This document shows positions 29,021 through 39,170 of a DNA stretch of 64,000 nucleotides, piece by piece. Position 1 is the first letter of the stretch. Every line of letters begins with the position of its first letter. The DNA comes from a virus (taxonomy: Duplodnaviria; Caudoviricetes), in IMG/VR virus record IMGVR_UViG_3300048819_000142, positions 32,001 to 96,000 of that record. The stretch is one strand, 5' to 3'. Made by a program: the position numbers and the translations under genes. The notes under the pieces are model-generated. The model was not told the origin of the DNA and made no database searches. It saw only the letters and a list, made by a program, of their open reading frames with translations.

Positions 29021-29299
29021 TCATATCAGATCTCGCTCCATCAAGTGTGCGTTCTTCGCGTCGTAGGCCTTCAGCAAAGCGTCTCCCCGTCCGGCTTGCT
29101 CAACACGGAGCCTGCGAAGTTTTTCCTCCAGTTCAGCTTCGGTCAATTCCTGCTCGACCTGTTCGATCTGATGGTGCAACTTCGCCTCCTTCCTGTTGCG
29201 AAACAACGGAAAGAGTGGTACTCGCCGAAATAGCGGAATGACCACCTCCGTAACGATGAAGAAAGCCACCAAGATCTCGATGAGCGATCGTGCGAACAT
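29021..29299 (-). CDS. Small membrane-anchored coiled-coil protein
   Basis: N-terminal hydrophobic helix, E/Q-rich heptads; TAAGGAG RBS and upstream promoter motif. Confidence 0.65.
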   Translation of the reverse strand: MFARSLIEILVAFFIVTEVVIPLFRRVPLFPLFRNRKEAKLHHQIEQVEQELTEAELEEKLRRLRVEQAGRGDALLKAYDAKNAHLMERDLI

Positions 29300-29354
29300 T
29301 AGTATATCTCCTTAAGTTCATTTTACAACAGAATAATGCGGGTTAAACGGGAAT

Positions 29355-31436
29355 CTAAGCCGCCAGTAGCAGTACTTCTTCCTTGGACTCACCCCAGCTC
29401 GGTCCTACCTTTGCATCGCAGACGACTGGGATTTCTAGGAGTACGCACTCTTGCATAACCCGTTTGATAGTTCTTGCTTGCTCCATGTCATCGACTGATC
29501 CGCCAAGTTCATCGTGCACTTGTAAAGCAGGCACATATCCGTAATCGTAGTAAAGGACTCGCATCGCCTCTTTCGTTTGGTCCGCGGCAGACCCCTGGAT
29601 TAGTGCGTTCAGCGCCTTGTGAACGCCGTACCGTTGTAGTCTGCGCCCAGGCCATCGCTGCTCAGCCAAGTGACGCGGCAGACCTTGAACCTTGAACTGT
29701 CGTTCTTCCTTGGATTCGGGGATAGGTTCCCACAGGTTAAACCGGCGCTTTCTTTTCAGGAGTGTCAATATGAATCCACGATCCTGTGCAGTCGACATCG
29801 CCTTAGAAGACAGGGCCTTGACGAATGGCAGTGATGAGTGGTAAGCATTGAGAATTTCCTGACCCTCCTGTATCGATACACCGAGCATCCGACACAACTT
29901 CTGGATGCCCATCGAATACATGATGCCGAGGTTTACGCCCTTGATTTGCTTGCGCTTAAATTGTTTACCAGACTTCTCATTGACGATGTCAGTGGTAAGT
30001 TGGTGGTAGTCGACCAAGGGGTTCGCCCTGAAAGCCCGAACCGCAATATCAGCTCCTGCGAGTTTGCAGAGGCTCGCAAAGTGCACAAGTAGGCGAGGTT
30101 CTTGCTGGGAATAATCTCCCTTGAAGTACTTCTTCCTCTCGCTTCCATACGGGTTGATCTTATCTGCGACGAAGAGTTTCCTGATTTCTTCTGCCCAGAT
30201 GGGGCTATCCTTACCCCATAACTCGTCATCATGTCGGTTAGGGACTTGCTGAAGGTTGGGATTCCTTGACGCCATGCGTCCGGATCTTGTTCCAGAATCA
30301 TCTGCGCGAAGCTGCTGAAACTGGCAATGTAGTCTACCATTCGTGGACTCCTTGATGATGTCCCCGATGACGAAATCGTCCCGGAGCGTCATGAGCTTCT
30401 TCTTTTTCAGGACCATCCGAGAGAGTGGGTCCCTTTGCGCTCCGTACCACTCTGCTGTAAATGAAGCTTGCCCTCCAGGATGTTTCTCAGATGGCGCCGT
30501 ATACTTGAAGTTGTTCGCAATGTTCAATTCCGGCATCTTGAAGTTCAGGACGTTGTACGCCTTGAGCATGTCCTTGCCAGAATCGACGTTGGGGTCGAAC
30601 CCAACTAGTCGTTTGATCTCCATTGACAGCTTGTCAATTTCGATCGTTAACTTCTCTACAAGCCCGTGCGCCTTATCGAGGTCTACGGCCACGCCGTTTA
30701 TCCTCATCTTCAAGAGGATCGGTATTAGCGATGTCTCAAGCTTGAAGATGTCCCACAGGTTCTCCTTGTCAATGATCTTCGACTGGTGGTCTCGGAAAAT
30801 TCGAAGTGGCCTGTCGACGTCGCCCTCACCGTAAGCACCCACATATTCGGGTGGCATCATCCAAAGGTCTGACTTCGGGTCAAAGACGATTGGTCGCCTT
30901 GCCCTCTTGTCCTTATATCCCTTGGTATACCTGCCTGCTGCTTCCCTCAGTAACTCTTCGTCCTTACCGACGCCAAGATACTTGTTGGATAGCACCTCAA
31001 CGGAGTAGCCGTCCGCTGTTTCCTCGTCGATGATTGGCTCTGCAATTTGGATATCGAAGCGTGTAACGTCGTCGTGAAACTTGACGTCTTCGAACCACAG
31101 TGCCTCCTCATCGTAGAGGAGGTTACCACCATACAGCTCTCCTCTAAAATGTTTGACTTGATCTTGTAACCAGGGAAAGACCACATTGGGCGCAAGGTTA
31201 CACCCTTGTGCATGGCGCACTGGATAATACCCACGAAAACCCTCGGTAGCGATAGCTATCCCTACAACATAAGCGTCTCCACTAATGTATCCAGGACCTC
31301 GAGATGTAAGATGCGGATCCCTGGCTTCAATGTCTATCGACCACCACTTCTCTCGAGAGATTTCAGGGAAAGAATCAGGTGGGCGCCATTCCGAGTTAGG
31401 AAGGAATTCGGGGAACGGTAGCTGTATGTTCGGCAA
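29355..31436 (-). CDS. polA: Family A DNA polymerase with 3'-5' exonuclease domain
   Basis: IDIE exo I; TRSGRMASRNPNLQQVP; motif A DYSQQEPR; motif B KGVNLGIMYSMG; motif C QVHDEL. Confidence 0.95.
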   Translation of the reverse strand: MPNIQLPFPEFLPNSEWRPPDSFPEISREKWWSIDIEARDPHLTSRGPGYISGDAYVVGIAIATEGFRGYYPVRHAQGCNLAPNVVFPWLQDQVKHFRGELYGGNLLYDEEALWFEDVKFHDDVTRFDIQIAEPIIDEETADGYSVEVLSNKYLGVGKDEELLREAAGRYTKGYKDKRARRPIVFDPKSDLWMMPPEYVGAYGEGDVDRPLRIFRDHQSKIIDKENLWDIFKLETSLIPILLKMRINGVAVDLDKAHGLVEKLTIEIDKLSMEIKRLVGFDPNVDSGKDMLKAYNVLNFKMPELNIANNFKYTAPSEKHPGGQASFTAEWYGAQRDPLSRMVLKKKKLMTLRDDFVIGDIIKESTNGRLHCQFQQLRADDSGTRSGRMASRNPNLQQVPNRHDDELWGKDSPIWAEEIRKLFVADKINPYGSERKKYFKGDYSQQEPRLLVHFASLCKLAGADIAVRAFRANPLVDYHQLTTDIVNEKSGKQFKRKQIKGVNLGIMYSMGIQKLCRMLGVSIQEGQEILNAYHSSLPFVKALSSKAMSTAQDRGFILTLLKRKRRFNLWEPIPESKEERQFKVQGLPRHLAEQRWPGRRLQRYGVHKALNALIQGSAADQTKEAMRVLYYDYGYVPALQVHDELGGSVDDMEQARTIKRVMQECVLLEIPVVCDAKVGPSWGESKEEVLLLAA

Positions 31437-31590
31437 TCTCCCTCCTACTTTCGTTGTATAACTCGTCTCCCACGAACATCTCAGACCCTACACAACGAAG
31501 CCCACTACTCGCGTAGTGGGCCACGATGCTCTTGTTCTTCCTAATGAAGACTGGCGCGCTGCAATAAGGGCAGGCGGCGGTTCGTACATG

Positions 31591-32133
31591 TTACCTTACT
31601 CCACTCGAAGCTAAGACGATGGTCTTCCAAGCGGGAACTTGGTCGATGCTAATGTCCTGCACCTGCTCCCAAGTCCTGTGGTCAGCTATCATTCCCGATC
31701 TCGTCGGGAGTAGCAACGACGTCTTCGTCCATAGCAGCTTAGCTTCCGGTTGCGAGTACTCCTCGAGGAACACTATACGACAGCAGGAGGTATGCAACAA
31801 CTCCTTGACACAGGTGACGCAACAGCTTGTCGTTGTGTAACACGTGTGGATTCTCATCCTGTCGGTACAGTGCGCCAAGGCGTTCTGCTCCGCGTGGTTT
31901 GCCCAGCAAGAATCGAGGCTCGTCCCAGACGGCGCATTAGCACCAGGACACTTGGCGTTCTCATTATCCCTGCAATGATCCCACTTCGGTGGGACCCCGT
32001 TAAATCCAGTGGAGAGGATGTTTTTCCTCTCGTCCACCAATACGCAGCCTACCTGCCTTCTTGAGCAGGTACCCATGGTTGCGCACTCCTTTGCAATGTT
32101 CAGGAAATGTTGATCCCAGCTAGGTCTCGCCAT
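31591..32133 (-). CDS. dCMP deaminase
   Basis: RPSWD, STGFNG, HAEQNAL, CVTC Zn motifs. Confidence 0.9.
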   Translation of the reverse strand: MARPSWDQHFLNIAKECATMGTCSRRQVGCVLVDERKNILSTGFNGVPPKWDHCRDNENAKCPGANAPSGTSLDSCWANHAEQNALAHCTDRMRIHTCYTTTSCCVTCVKELLHTSCCRIVFLEEYSQPEAKLLWTKTSLLLPTRSGMIADHRTWEQVQDISIDQVPAWKTIVLASSGVR

Positions 32134-32136
32134 ACG

Positions 32137-33087
32137 TCAGTCCTCCTTCAAGACGAATAGTGGGCCGCCGATTTCTCGAACCCACTCCGTCATCCCGTTT
32201 TCGTCAAGACCCTTCTTAGCCGCGCGATCGCACATCATGCCCCGCGCGTCCATCATATCAATCAGGTGAAAGATAACAGCTTCCTTCATAAGCGGCACTT
32301 TCGGGCTGCCGTATTCAAGCAGCCCATGGTGCGACGCAATCATGTGAAGTATTGCGATCTTCATTTTCTGAGGGAAGCCTTCAATGCTGTCCATCTTCCG
32401 CGAGACCAGCTCCATGCCTATGGTTATGTGACCGAGGAGACTTCCCTCAAGGCTATAACCAATACCGATAGGGTATGTTAGTTCGAAGATCTTACCGAAA
32501 TCGTGCAGCACGCAAGCTGCAATCATAATCTCACGGCTGACCTCGTAGTGGTCTGCTATAGGTATTGCTACCTGTGCCATGGAAAGCACGTGTTCCAGCA
32601 AACCGCCAAGGTACGCGTGGTGAATTGATTTTGCCGCAGGAGCCTGGCAGAACTTTTCCCGGTGCTCCTCAAGCAAGGAGAATAACAAGGTCCTGGTTGG
32701 CCCATCTCGCATGTTTATCGCTATCAGGTCATATAGCACGCCAAACATCTCCTGGGGATCCCGTTCAGACCTCTCAAAGAAATCGCCCAGGTCGATAGCA
32801 TCATCATCTTTGACAAGCCTTATCACCTCGATCGACAGTTGCACGACGTCGTTCCACTCACCGACGTTCGCCTTGATCTTGACGAATGAGCCCTTCTTGA
32901 TGGTGGTCGGGTCAAATCCTTTCGGATAATCCCACACACGGCCATCGATGATGCCGGTCTTGTCCTGCAGCTTAAGGCAAAGGTAGGGCTTGTCCTTCTT
33001 GGACTTGCGCTCCTGGGGAGTTTCCGACACAAAGAAAAACGTCGTCGTATTTTCGTTCACGACGAGTTCTGATGCCATTGGCTTCAT
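32137..33087 (-). CDS. yhaM: YhaM-like 3'-5' exoribonuclease (OB fold + HD domain)
   Basis: LQDKTGIIDGRVWD; APAAKSIHHAYLGGLLEH; LHDFGK; LGHI; SHHG..EYGSP. Confidence 0.85.
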   Translation of the reverse strand: MKPMASELVVNENTTTFFFVSETPQERKSKKDKPYLCLKLQDKTGIIDGRVWDYPKGFDPTTIKKGSFVKIKANVGEWNDVVQLSIEVIRLVKDDDAIDLGDFFERSERDPQEMFGVLYDLIAINMRDGPTRTLLFSLLEEHREKFCQAPAAKSIHHAYLGGLLEHVLSMAQVAIPIADHYEVSREIMIAACVLHDFGKIFELTYPIGIGYSLEGSLLGHITIGMELVSRKMDSIEGFPQKMKIAILHMIASHHGLLEYGSPKVPLMKEAVIFHLIDMMDARGMMCDRAAKKGLDENGMTEWVREIGGPLFVLKED

Positions 33088-34013
33088 ACCCTGCGAGCCC
33101 CCTGGAACTCTGACAAAAAGCCAGTAAGCCGTCCCTCACCGTCCTTGCAATACGAAAGATGTAGCAGCAAGTCGCTCGCCTTTTCGTATTCGTCGAGATT
33201 GACCGGGGAGTACGAGGCAGGCTTGTGGGTGTCTCCTGCCAACGCGTTAGCCACGTCATCGAGTGAGTAAGGAATGTTGGTTGCGCCGTCCTGCTTGGGG
33301 TGGACGTACAAGTGTTGACTTGCGGCTGTTAGGTGGAGTGAGCCAAGCCTCAGATTTTCGAGCGGTCTAACCAGCTCGTATGCGGCGTGATCTTTGTTGC
33401 GAGCTCGCACTCGATCCCTTAACATGAGTGCCACGTACGCGCTGAGCATGCTGAAATTGAATACGTCATACGGCCACCCAAGCCACGTGTCTGAGCTACG
33501 CATGGTGTCAAAACAATGCAGCCTAAACGTTTCCAAGCCAGCTCCATCCACATGTCGACGAACCATCCACTGAACAGACACGGTACAGGGGATGTCCTTC
33601 GACGGCCTTGGGTTGGGTCGCCAGATCTCCAGTACTGCTTGTCGTGATTCCCAATCGCCCTCGAGCGTGTCGACAATGAAGCGAAGCTGATCAATGATCC
33701 TTGGCCCGTATGCCCCATCGAACCTAACACCATCATTTGAGAAGGATGCGATATGGGGGCTGTACGGCTTGATGGACTCGACATCATTTCGCCCAGTAAG
33801 TATCCACCAAGCCTCTGCTGTGAGGAACTTGTAGCCTAGCTTGGGTCGGGCCGTCACGATCGGATGGTTCATGTCGACAACAGAGGTATTGGCCAGTATC
33901 TCTCGACAGGTTAAACCACGAGGTTTCACCTCGGCGCCCCAGTCGTATACGTCCCGAAGCAGCCCCAGCCATGCAGCATTAGCTGTTGGTCCAGTGTGTC
34001 CTTGTTTAAGCAC
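33084..34013 (-). CDS. Thymidylate-synthase-fold enzyme, probably dCMP (hydroxy)methyltransferase
   Basis: SRQAV, catalytic DIPC, MRSSD..LGWPYD (Asp where dUMP-specific ThyA has Asn), SQHLY; GTG start after GGAG. Confidence 0.8.
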   Translation of the reverse strand: MLKQGHTGPTANAAWLGLLRDVYDWGAEVKPRGLTCREILANTSVVDMNHPIVTARPKLGYKFLTAEAWWILTGRNDVESIKPYSPHIASFSNDGVRFDGAYGPRIIDQLRFIVDTLEGDWESRQAVLEIWRPNPRPSKDIPCTVSVQWMVRRHVDGAGLETFRLHCFDTMRSSDTWLGWPYDVFNFSMLSAYVALMLRDRVRARNKDHAAYELVRPLENLRLGSLHLTAASQHLYVHPKQDGATNIPYSLDDVANALAGDTHKPASYSPVNLDEYEKASDLLLHLSYCKDGEGRLTGFLSEFQGARRV

Positions 34014-34659
34014 GTGAGTCTCCTGGCAGCTTCCCGGTCCTTGCAAGAGCGTAGTAGATCGCCTGTTCTACTTGCGACCAAATTTGGTCAGGCGTCTTCC
34101 CGTCAATGTTGATGGGATGCCATTCAGGATTCCCAGCAAACTGGTCAACGTAGGCGTTCTGGATTTTCTCGAGAATCTGCTGATCATTCCAAGCCTTGGC
34201 AGACTGGTGCGTTTCGCTCTCCCTTGCCCTCGCTCGACCAAGCACGACCTCTGCACTGCCGTATAGGAAGATCAAGAGGTCACAATTGCGACCGTGAGCT
34301 TGCATGTAGGCATTTGCAATTGGCTCAGGAACTTGCCTTTGCGTCATGTAAGCGGCTTGGCTATACCACCAACGGTCACTCACCACAACTTTTCCTGCGT
34401 CAAGCGCAGGCTTGACCACTGTCTGCCAATTCTGTAGGTGGGACGCAAGGAAGATGAGGTCAACTACTCCAGGCATCATCTCGGTCGTTGGCACTTCTTC
34501 GTACATCACTCGTCGCAGAGCGAGTCCGAGTTTCGTTCCGCCAGGATCCTTGCTTTGGACGACAACATCCTTGCCCAGCAAGTTCTCGAGGTACTCAATC
34601 GCCCGTGTTATCTGGGTTCCTTTCCCTGTGCCGTCAATTCCTTCGAAGACGATGAACAT
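34006..34659 (-). CDS. tmk: Thymidylate (dNMP) kinase
   Basis: FIVFEGIDGTGKGTQ, DPGGT, VVSDRW..SQAAY. Confidence 0.9.
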   Translation of the reverse strand: MFIVFEGIDGTGKGTQITRAIEYLENLLGKDVVVQSKDPGGTKLGLALRRVMYEEVPTTEMMPGVVDLIFLASHLQNWQTVVKPALDAGKVVVSDRWWYSQAAYMTQRQVPEPIANAYMQAHGRNCDLLIFLYGSAEVVLGRARARESETHQSAKAWNDQQILEKIQNAYVDQFAGNPEWHPINIDGKTPDQIWSQVEQAIYYALARTGKLPGDSRA

Positions 34660-34661
34660 TG

Positions 34662-34859
34662 TTAGATCAGTACCTCCCCCGCAAATACCAGGTTCACCCT
34701 GAAGATGCTCAGTGGGCCGTGCTCCCGCTGAAGTTCCTGCCTGACAGTAACCGCCTTATCAAACTCCTCGAACATCATGATGGCTCCATCGTCGTTACCG
34801 ACGGGTTTGCCGGGGGTTCCGTCAGGTAGTTTCTGCGCGATGAAAAATCCTTGGTTCAC
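34662..34859 (-). CDS. Hypothetical protein
   Basis: 65-aa ORF, GAGG RBS, abuts tmk. Confidence 0.55.
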   Translation of the reverse strand: MNQGFFIAQKLPDGTPGKPVGNDDGAIMMFEEFDKAVTVRQELQREHGPLSIFRVNLVFAGEVLI

Positions 34860-34960
34860 TTCGATTACCTCGATTCAGACTCGGGCCCCATGCCTCAAAA
34901 ATGAGCCATTTCTCCCTTATCCATTGTATCACAGAATTTGTGTTGGGTGTTCGGGAAAGA

Positions 34961-35752
34961 TTAAATCTTGCTATATCTCGGTTTCCACTGGTTGATGCCG
35001 TCGACCATCTCCTTTGAGAAGTCCTGGAAGACGTACGGGTGACGGGGGATGAGCAGTTCGCAAAGCATGTCGATTGCGAGCCTGAGCTCAACCTCGGCAA
35101 CTCCCTCGGTCCTCTTCTCGAAGATGTGTCGAAGTGCTCGCGTATTGAATGTTGCCACAATACCGGTGGCAAGACCTTCGGGAGCGATGCGTCGAAATGC
35201 TGATGTGAGTTTTTTCTTCTCCGAGAAGTCACCTTCCAAAGCTTCATGGAAAATGCTTTCCAGCTTATGCTGGCAGTTCTCGAGATACTCAACTGCCTCA
35301 CGGAACAAGGCATTCGCTTCCTCGTTCGAAGCAATCTCAGGAGGAGTCCAGAACCCAAGCTCCGTCAGTCGGACATATCGCAAAGATTCCTGGCTGTATG
35401 CCGCACCAGCACGGTGTCGCACAAGTTCGTGCGTGAACACTCGGCTGACGAACTCAAAGGCCACAGTAAAGTTGGCATGTTCCGTAACGGATCCATGCGC
35501 AACCTTCAGGATGTTCTCGTGGTACTGCCCACTGTGCTCGCGGATCCTGGTGACGTTCGGGTTGAGGCCAACTTCAAAGCTCTTGTAGCATCTCCTTGCA
35601 GCGAGCTCGACAACCTTCTCTGCGTCTGAACCAGTCATGCGGCCCATGACCTTCATTGGATCGGCGCCATTCGCCCGAAGCCAGGACCAAACTCCTTCTT
35701 CGTTCAGCTTGGGCTCAGCGAGGATGAACACTTGCGGCTTTACATCAATCAT
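34961..35752 (-). CDS. thyX: Flavin-dependent thymidylate synthase
   Basis: HGSVTEH, SRVFTHELVRHR...YSQESLRY ThyX motif, NTRALRH. Confidence 0.93.
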   Translation of the reverse strand: MIDVKPQVFILAEPKLNEEGVWSWLRANGADPMKVMGRMTGSDAEKVVELAARRCYKSFEVGLNPNVTRIREHSGQYHENILKVAHGSVTEHANFTVAFEFVSRVFTHELVRHRAGAAYSQESLRYVRLTELGFWTPPEIASNEEANALFREAVEYLENCQHKLESIFHEALEGDFSEKKKLTSAFRRIAPEGLATGIVATFNTRALRHIFEKRTEGVAEVELRLAIDMLCELLIPRHPYVFQDFSKEMVDGINQWKPRYSKI

Positions 35753-36161
35753 TGCTTTTCTCCAGTTGTTTCTTAACTTCCCTTGCGGCTGCTTCCTCGA
35801 TTGCGAGCTTCAAGTTCGTGCTCTTGCCGACAGCCTCGTTAGACGGATCATCAAGATTTCCGTGGCCCACGTGCCATATCTTTGATCGCCCACGAACGAC
35901 GGGCTTTACAGAAAACCCATGAGAGATAAGCAAGTCCTCGACTCGTCGCTTCTTCAGTTTGAATGGCTTCTGCAGCTGTCTTAACGAGACAGCCTTGGTA
36001 AGCAGTATTACTTCATCAGGGTGGTACCTGTTTGCCACTGCGATAGCATCGCGTATAGCCGCAACCATCTTGAGGTAACGTGGCTTCGTGATGTCGAACT
36101 GGTTAAATATCGCGTTGTTGATTTCGCGAAGATCATCGACGTCGAGGAAATGCTTATCCAT
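35745..36161 (-). CDS. Hypothetical protein
   Basis: 138-aa ORF in a tightly packed operon. Confidence 0.55.
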   Translation of the reverse strand: MDKHFLDVDDLREINNAIFNQFDITKPRYLKMVAAIRDAIAVANRYHPDEVILLTKAVSLRQLQKPFKLKKRRVEDLLISHGFSVKPVVRGRSKIWHVGHGNLDDPSNEAVGKSTNLKLAIEEAAAREVKKQLEKSND

Positions 36162-36164
36162 TGG

Positions 36165-36422
36165 TTATTCCTTTCCAGCGATCACCATGCGGACATCATC
36201 GAAGCTGGTAAACCCTAGCCTCCTGATTGCCCACGTGAGCATATAACCAGCGACCGAAAATTGGTTCTGGGTGGCAGTGCACCCTCCTAACATCCCGCCG
36301 TCCGTGCCCTCGCAGATGACGAGGAGGGAGATGATTTCTCCCTCCTCTACCCGACGTTTGAAGTCGTCGAGTAGCTGAATCGCCTGGTCGTATTCCTTTA
36401 CGTTAAGGTCCTTAAGCGTCAT
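36165..36422 (-). CDS. Hypothetical protein
   Basis: Start MTLKDL overlaps the lysozyme stop (ATGA). Confidence 0.55.
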   Translation of the reverse strand: MTLKDLNVKEYDQAIQLLDDFKRRVEEGEIISLLVICEGTDGGMLGGCTATQNQFSVAGYMLTWAIRRLGFTSFDDVRMVIAGKE

Positions 36423-36895
36423 GCTCGTGCGAATAACGCGGCCTCGTCCGCGCGCCTCTTGATGAGGCCAGCCATGACTTTGCCGCCGCTCTTGTTCCAT
36501 TTTCCGAATTCAGAGTGCGCCTGAACAAAGTTTCCAGCGTTCACGCATTTGAGCAGGGTGCTGCCGATGAAATTAGCGAGCCCTACGTTATACGTGAAGC
36601 AGCACAACGCGTCGAACTGGTTCTGGTTCAAACTGATCTCAGAGCTGACGTGGTCGGAAACAGCCTTCTCGGCCCACATCACGTCGTGATCGAGCAGCGT
36701 CACAGCTTGCTCCTTGGTGATGACCATGCCCGGTACGACGTTCGGCCCCGTATGCCCATACCCGATCGTTATCTTTCCGATGCAAGTCCCGCCGACCTCG
36801 ACAGACTCCCCTGTCGCGTCGTCATATGCCTTCAATCGAAGGCCCTCGTCTGTTTCGAGTAGGGAGAGTCCTATGTCGCTGATTTCTGTGATCAT
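36419..36895 (-). CDS. GH24 lysozyme (endolysin)
   Basis: EGLRLKAYDD...TIGYGH, NQFDAL..FTYNVG, GLIKRRADE. Confidence 0.93.
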   Translation of the reverse strand: MITEISDIGLSLLETDEGLRLKAYDDATGESVEVGGTCIGKITIGYGHTGPNVVPGMVITKEQAVTLLDHDVMWAEKAVSDHVSSEISLNQNQFDALCCFTYNVGLANFIGSTLLKCVNAGNFVQAHSEFGKWNKSGGKVMAGLIKRRADEAALFARA

Positions 36896-37203
36896 GATTC
36901 CCTTTGCACGTAGTGTTCACCGAGCTTAGCTCTCATGCGCTTCGCGCCTTCTGCATTGCTCGAATGTATTGCGACGCCCTTAGCGGGCCACTTGTTGTTC
37001 TCCTCCATCCAGAGGATAACACCCATACCAGTTCGACGATTTTCCCAGTCGTCTGACGTTACTCCCGGGTCCCAGTGCACATCGTAATCGAGGGAGGCAA
37101 ACTCACAATCGTTAGCCTCCAAGATCTTGATCGCTTGTCCGACGGTCTTGGCTGAGCAAAAACCGGTAGGAGCACTGCGCATGTCGTCGAGCCAGAGCTT
37201 CAC
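36892..37203 (-). CDS. Cyclic-phosphate-processing receiver-domain protein
   Basis: KLWLDDMR.AP...SLDYD...TG...HSSN.EG..RM signature. Confidence 0.75.
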   Translation of the reverse strand: MKLWLDDMRSAPTGFCSAKTVGQAIKILEANDCEFASLDYDVHWDPGVTSDDWENRRTGMGVILWMEENNKWPAKGVAIHSSNAEGAKRMRAKLGEHYVQRES

Positions 37204-37397
37204 TTTACTTTCTCCGTGTAGATCCTTTCAAGGATCTCTTCCTGCTTCTCAGACAGCCCACGCACACTCTCGAACTGGTCTGTGATTGACTCCATGAAGT
37301 GGAGTTCCCAGTCGGTTAGTCCACGACCACCCTTGTTCACGTCCTTAATCCACTGCTGGATGACCTCACGCGTCGGGCGCTTTGTCTTCTCCGCCAC
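37200..37397 (-). CDS. Small hypothetical protein
   Basis: LTDWE..FMESI....LSEKQ..IL.RIY, a recurring small phage protein motif; GTG start after GGAGG. Confidence 0.6.
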   Translation of the reverse strand: MAEKTKRPTREVIQQWIKDVNKGGRGLTDWELHFMESITDQFESVRGLSEKQEEILERIYTEKVK

Positions 37398-38130
37398 TGG
37401 GCGCCTCCTCGATGAGGCCACCACAGATTTCGCAGTAGCTCTTGTCCGCGTGCCGAATAATCTTCTTGTACGGCCCTCCAGGTTCCTGGCATCCGCAAGG
37501 ATTTCCGTCTGGCCCAAGGAGGTCGGCCAAGACCGGGGGTTTCCACCCAGCAGGCTTGACAATGTCTGCAGAGTGCTTGCGAGTTGACCTCGAGTCATCT
37601 GCTCCCGTGGCACGCTCCTTTGCCATGTTGGCTTCCTGCACGCGGTCCCAACCCTTGTTGAATGGAAAGCGATGCAGGAAAGCTGTGCCGAGCGCCACAT
37701 AGACGAGGTCGATCAAACCGTCAAATGCCTTCTCAGAATCGAATTCGTCCTCGGTCGACATCGTCGTGTGGCCGCTTTCATCGAGGTAAATTATCGGTTG
37801 ACCAACCGCCCTCGCGTATTCCTGTAACTCCTCGATCATGAACTTGATGCGGAATTGCAGGAGATCCTTTGGCAGGCGATGCCCGGGGTCGCTGCTTGGT
37901 TCGAGGCCGAACTTGCCGTGGAAACGACCGATGTCGCGAAACAGCTGGCCTGGGACAGCCTCGATCATTCCGAATAGCATGTGCCTGACCTGCTGCTGTA
38001 CTTGATTCGACGCATCAGCATTCATCTGCTGAATGACCTTTGCCTCGACTGAGTTGGGGTTCTTCGCCCTCTGCATGAATTGATCAAAGGCAGGAGTTCC
38101 TGCCCTGGGCATTATCAGCGGTGAATCCAT
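37366..38130 (-). CDS. MazG-superfamily dNTP pyrophosphatase (PRA-PH-like) with C-terminal Cys motif
   Basis: FH..FG, RI..MIEELQEY, FDGLIDLVYVALG, VQEANMAK, KP.GW.PP. Confidence 0.8.
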   Translation of the reverse strand: MDSPLIMPRAGTPAFDQFMQRAKNPNSVEAKVIQQMNADASNQVQQQVRHMLFGMIEAVPGQLFRDIGRFHGKFGLEPSSDPGHRLPKDLLQFRIKFMIEELQEYARAVGQPIIYLDESGHTTMSTEDEFDSEKAFDGLIDLVYVALGTAFLHRFPFNKGWDRVQEANMAKERATGADDSRSTRKHSADIVKPAGWKPPVLADLLGPDGNPCGCQEPGGPYKKIIRHADKSYCEICGGLIEEAPSGGEDKAPDA

Positions 38131-38131
38131 G

Positions 38132-38665
38132 TTACCGGTTATCTCCTTCTCCACGCATCTTCCCGCGTTCACGACGGGAGTTAAGTTTTGCGACATTCGC
38201 TTCGGATGCTTTCATCAGCGATGTGTCGCAGGAATTCGCGAAATTTCCGAGCCACACAAGCGCCCAGAACAAACGATCGTTAATGCTCGTGAGCATGAAC
38301 ATGACTGAGTCGGTGTCACTCGCGGCGAGCAAACCAACCTTTCCGCAAAGCTCCAGCGTCGTGTAACTCAGCTTGAGCTTGTGGTCCTGGATGTGGTCGC
38401 TCACTTGCTTCCAGTCGATTGTGTAGTCGATGACGTGGGAAAGCTTAATGAGGTAGTAGAGTACGTCACCGATCTCATTGGAGATCTCCTCCGTATTGAG
38501 CGTGAACTTGGTATCGCCGCGAAAGTATTTCTTTATCTTCTCGGCGATCTCGCCAGTCTCCCCGAAAATTGCCAAGGTCACGTATTCGGCCTCAGGCATG
38601 TCGGCGTGCTCGCTGGGATCGTAGAACCAGAACTCATCTACAAATTTTTCATAAGCTTTAAGCAT
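38132..38665 (-). CDS. MazG-like nucleotide pyrophosphohydrolase
   Basis: GETGEIAEKIKK..R, EIGDVLYY, NVAKL.SRRERG...GEGDNR. Confidence 0.85.
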   Translation of the reverse strand: MLKAYEKFVDEFWFYDPSEHADMPEAEYVTLAIFGETGEIAEKIKKYFRGDTKFTLNTEEISNEIGDVLYYLIKLSHVIDYTIDWKQVSDHIQDHKLKLSYTTLELCGKVGLLAASDTDSVMFMLTSINDRLFWALVWLGNFANSCDTSLMKASEANVAKLNSRRERGKMRGEGDNR

Positions 38666-39170
38666 CTTCTCCCTCCAGCATGTTCCCGACTTTTCTCTGG
38701 GACTGAAGCCACGGGATCAGGCCTCCAGTTCCGAGGGTCCACCTGACCGTGGACGTCCAGAAGAAGACGTTTGGTCGGCCGCCAACTGCGACGATGTTAG
38801 TTTTGCCGGCGCCGAGGAAGCAGCCGAGTTCAACGTGGTATCCACCGGATGTGGAGGGTTTGTCGCAGAGGATAACGAGGGTGTCTGCGGCCCTGACATC
38901 TTCCAGATCCATCTCTCCCCATTTTTCCTCAAAGGCTTTCCAGGACTCCCACTCGCCCGGACTGGGTTTCTGTGCGAAATTCGTCTTGATCCAGCGGCTT
39001 GTCACGATGAAACCAGCGTCCTGTAGAGCCATCGCGAATATTAGCGCCTCTAGCTGGGAGGTGAGCGGCGCCGCTAGGTAGACCTTGTGCGGCGCTGATT
39101 CGAACGGCCACAACCGATCGTCGATCTGAGACAAACCCCTGTTACTGAGCGACTGCGACGGGCTGGCCAT
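38658..39170 (-). CDS. Nucleoside 2-deoxyribosyltransferase-like (N-glycosidase) protein
   Basis: KVYLAAP, VTSRW, DLEDVRAADTLV, GGYHVELG. Confidence 0.75.
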   Translation of the reverse strand: MASPSQSLSNRGLSQIDDRLWPFESAPHKVYLAAPLTSQLEALIFAMALQDAGFIVTSRWIKTNFAQKPSPGEWESWKAFEEKWGEMDLEDVRAADTLVILCDKPSTSGGYHVELGCFLGAGKTNIVAVGGRPNVFFWTSTVRWTLGTGGLIPWLQSQRKVGNMLEGEDA

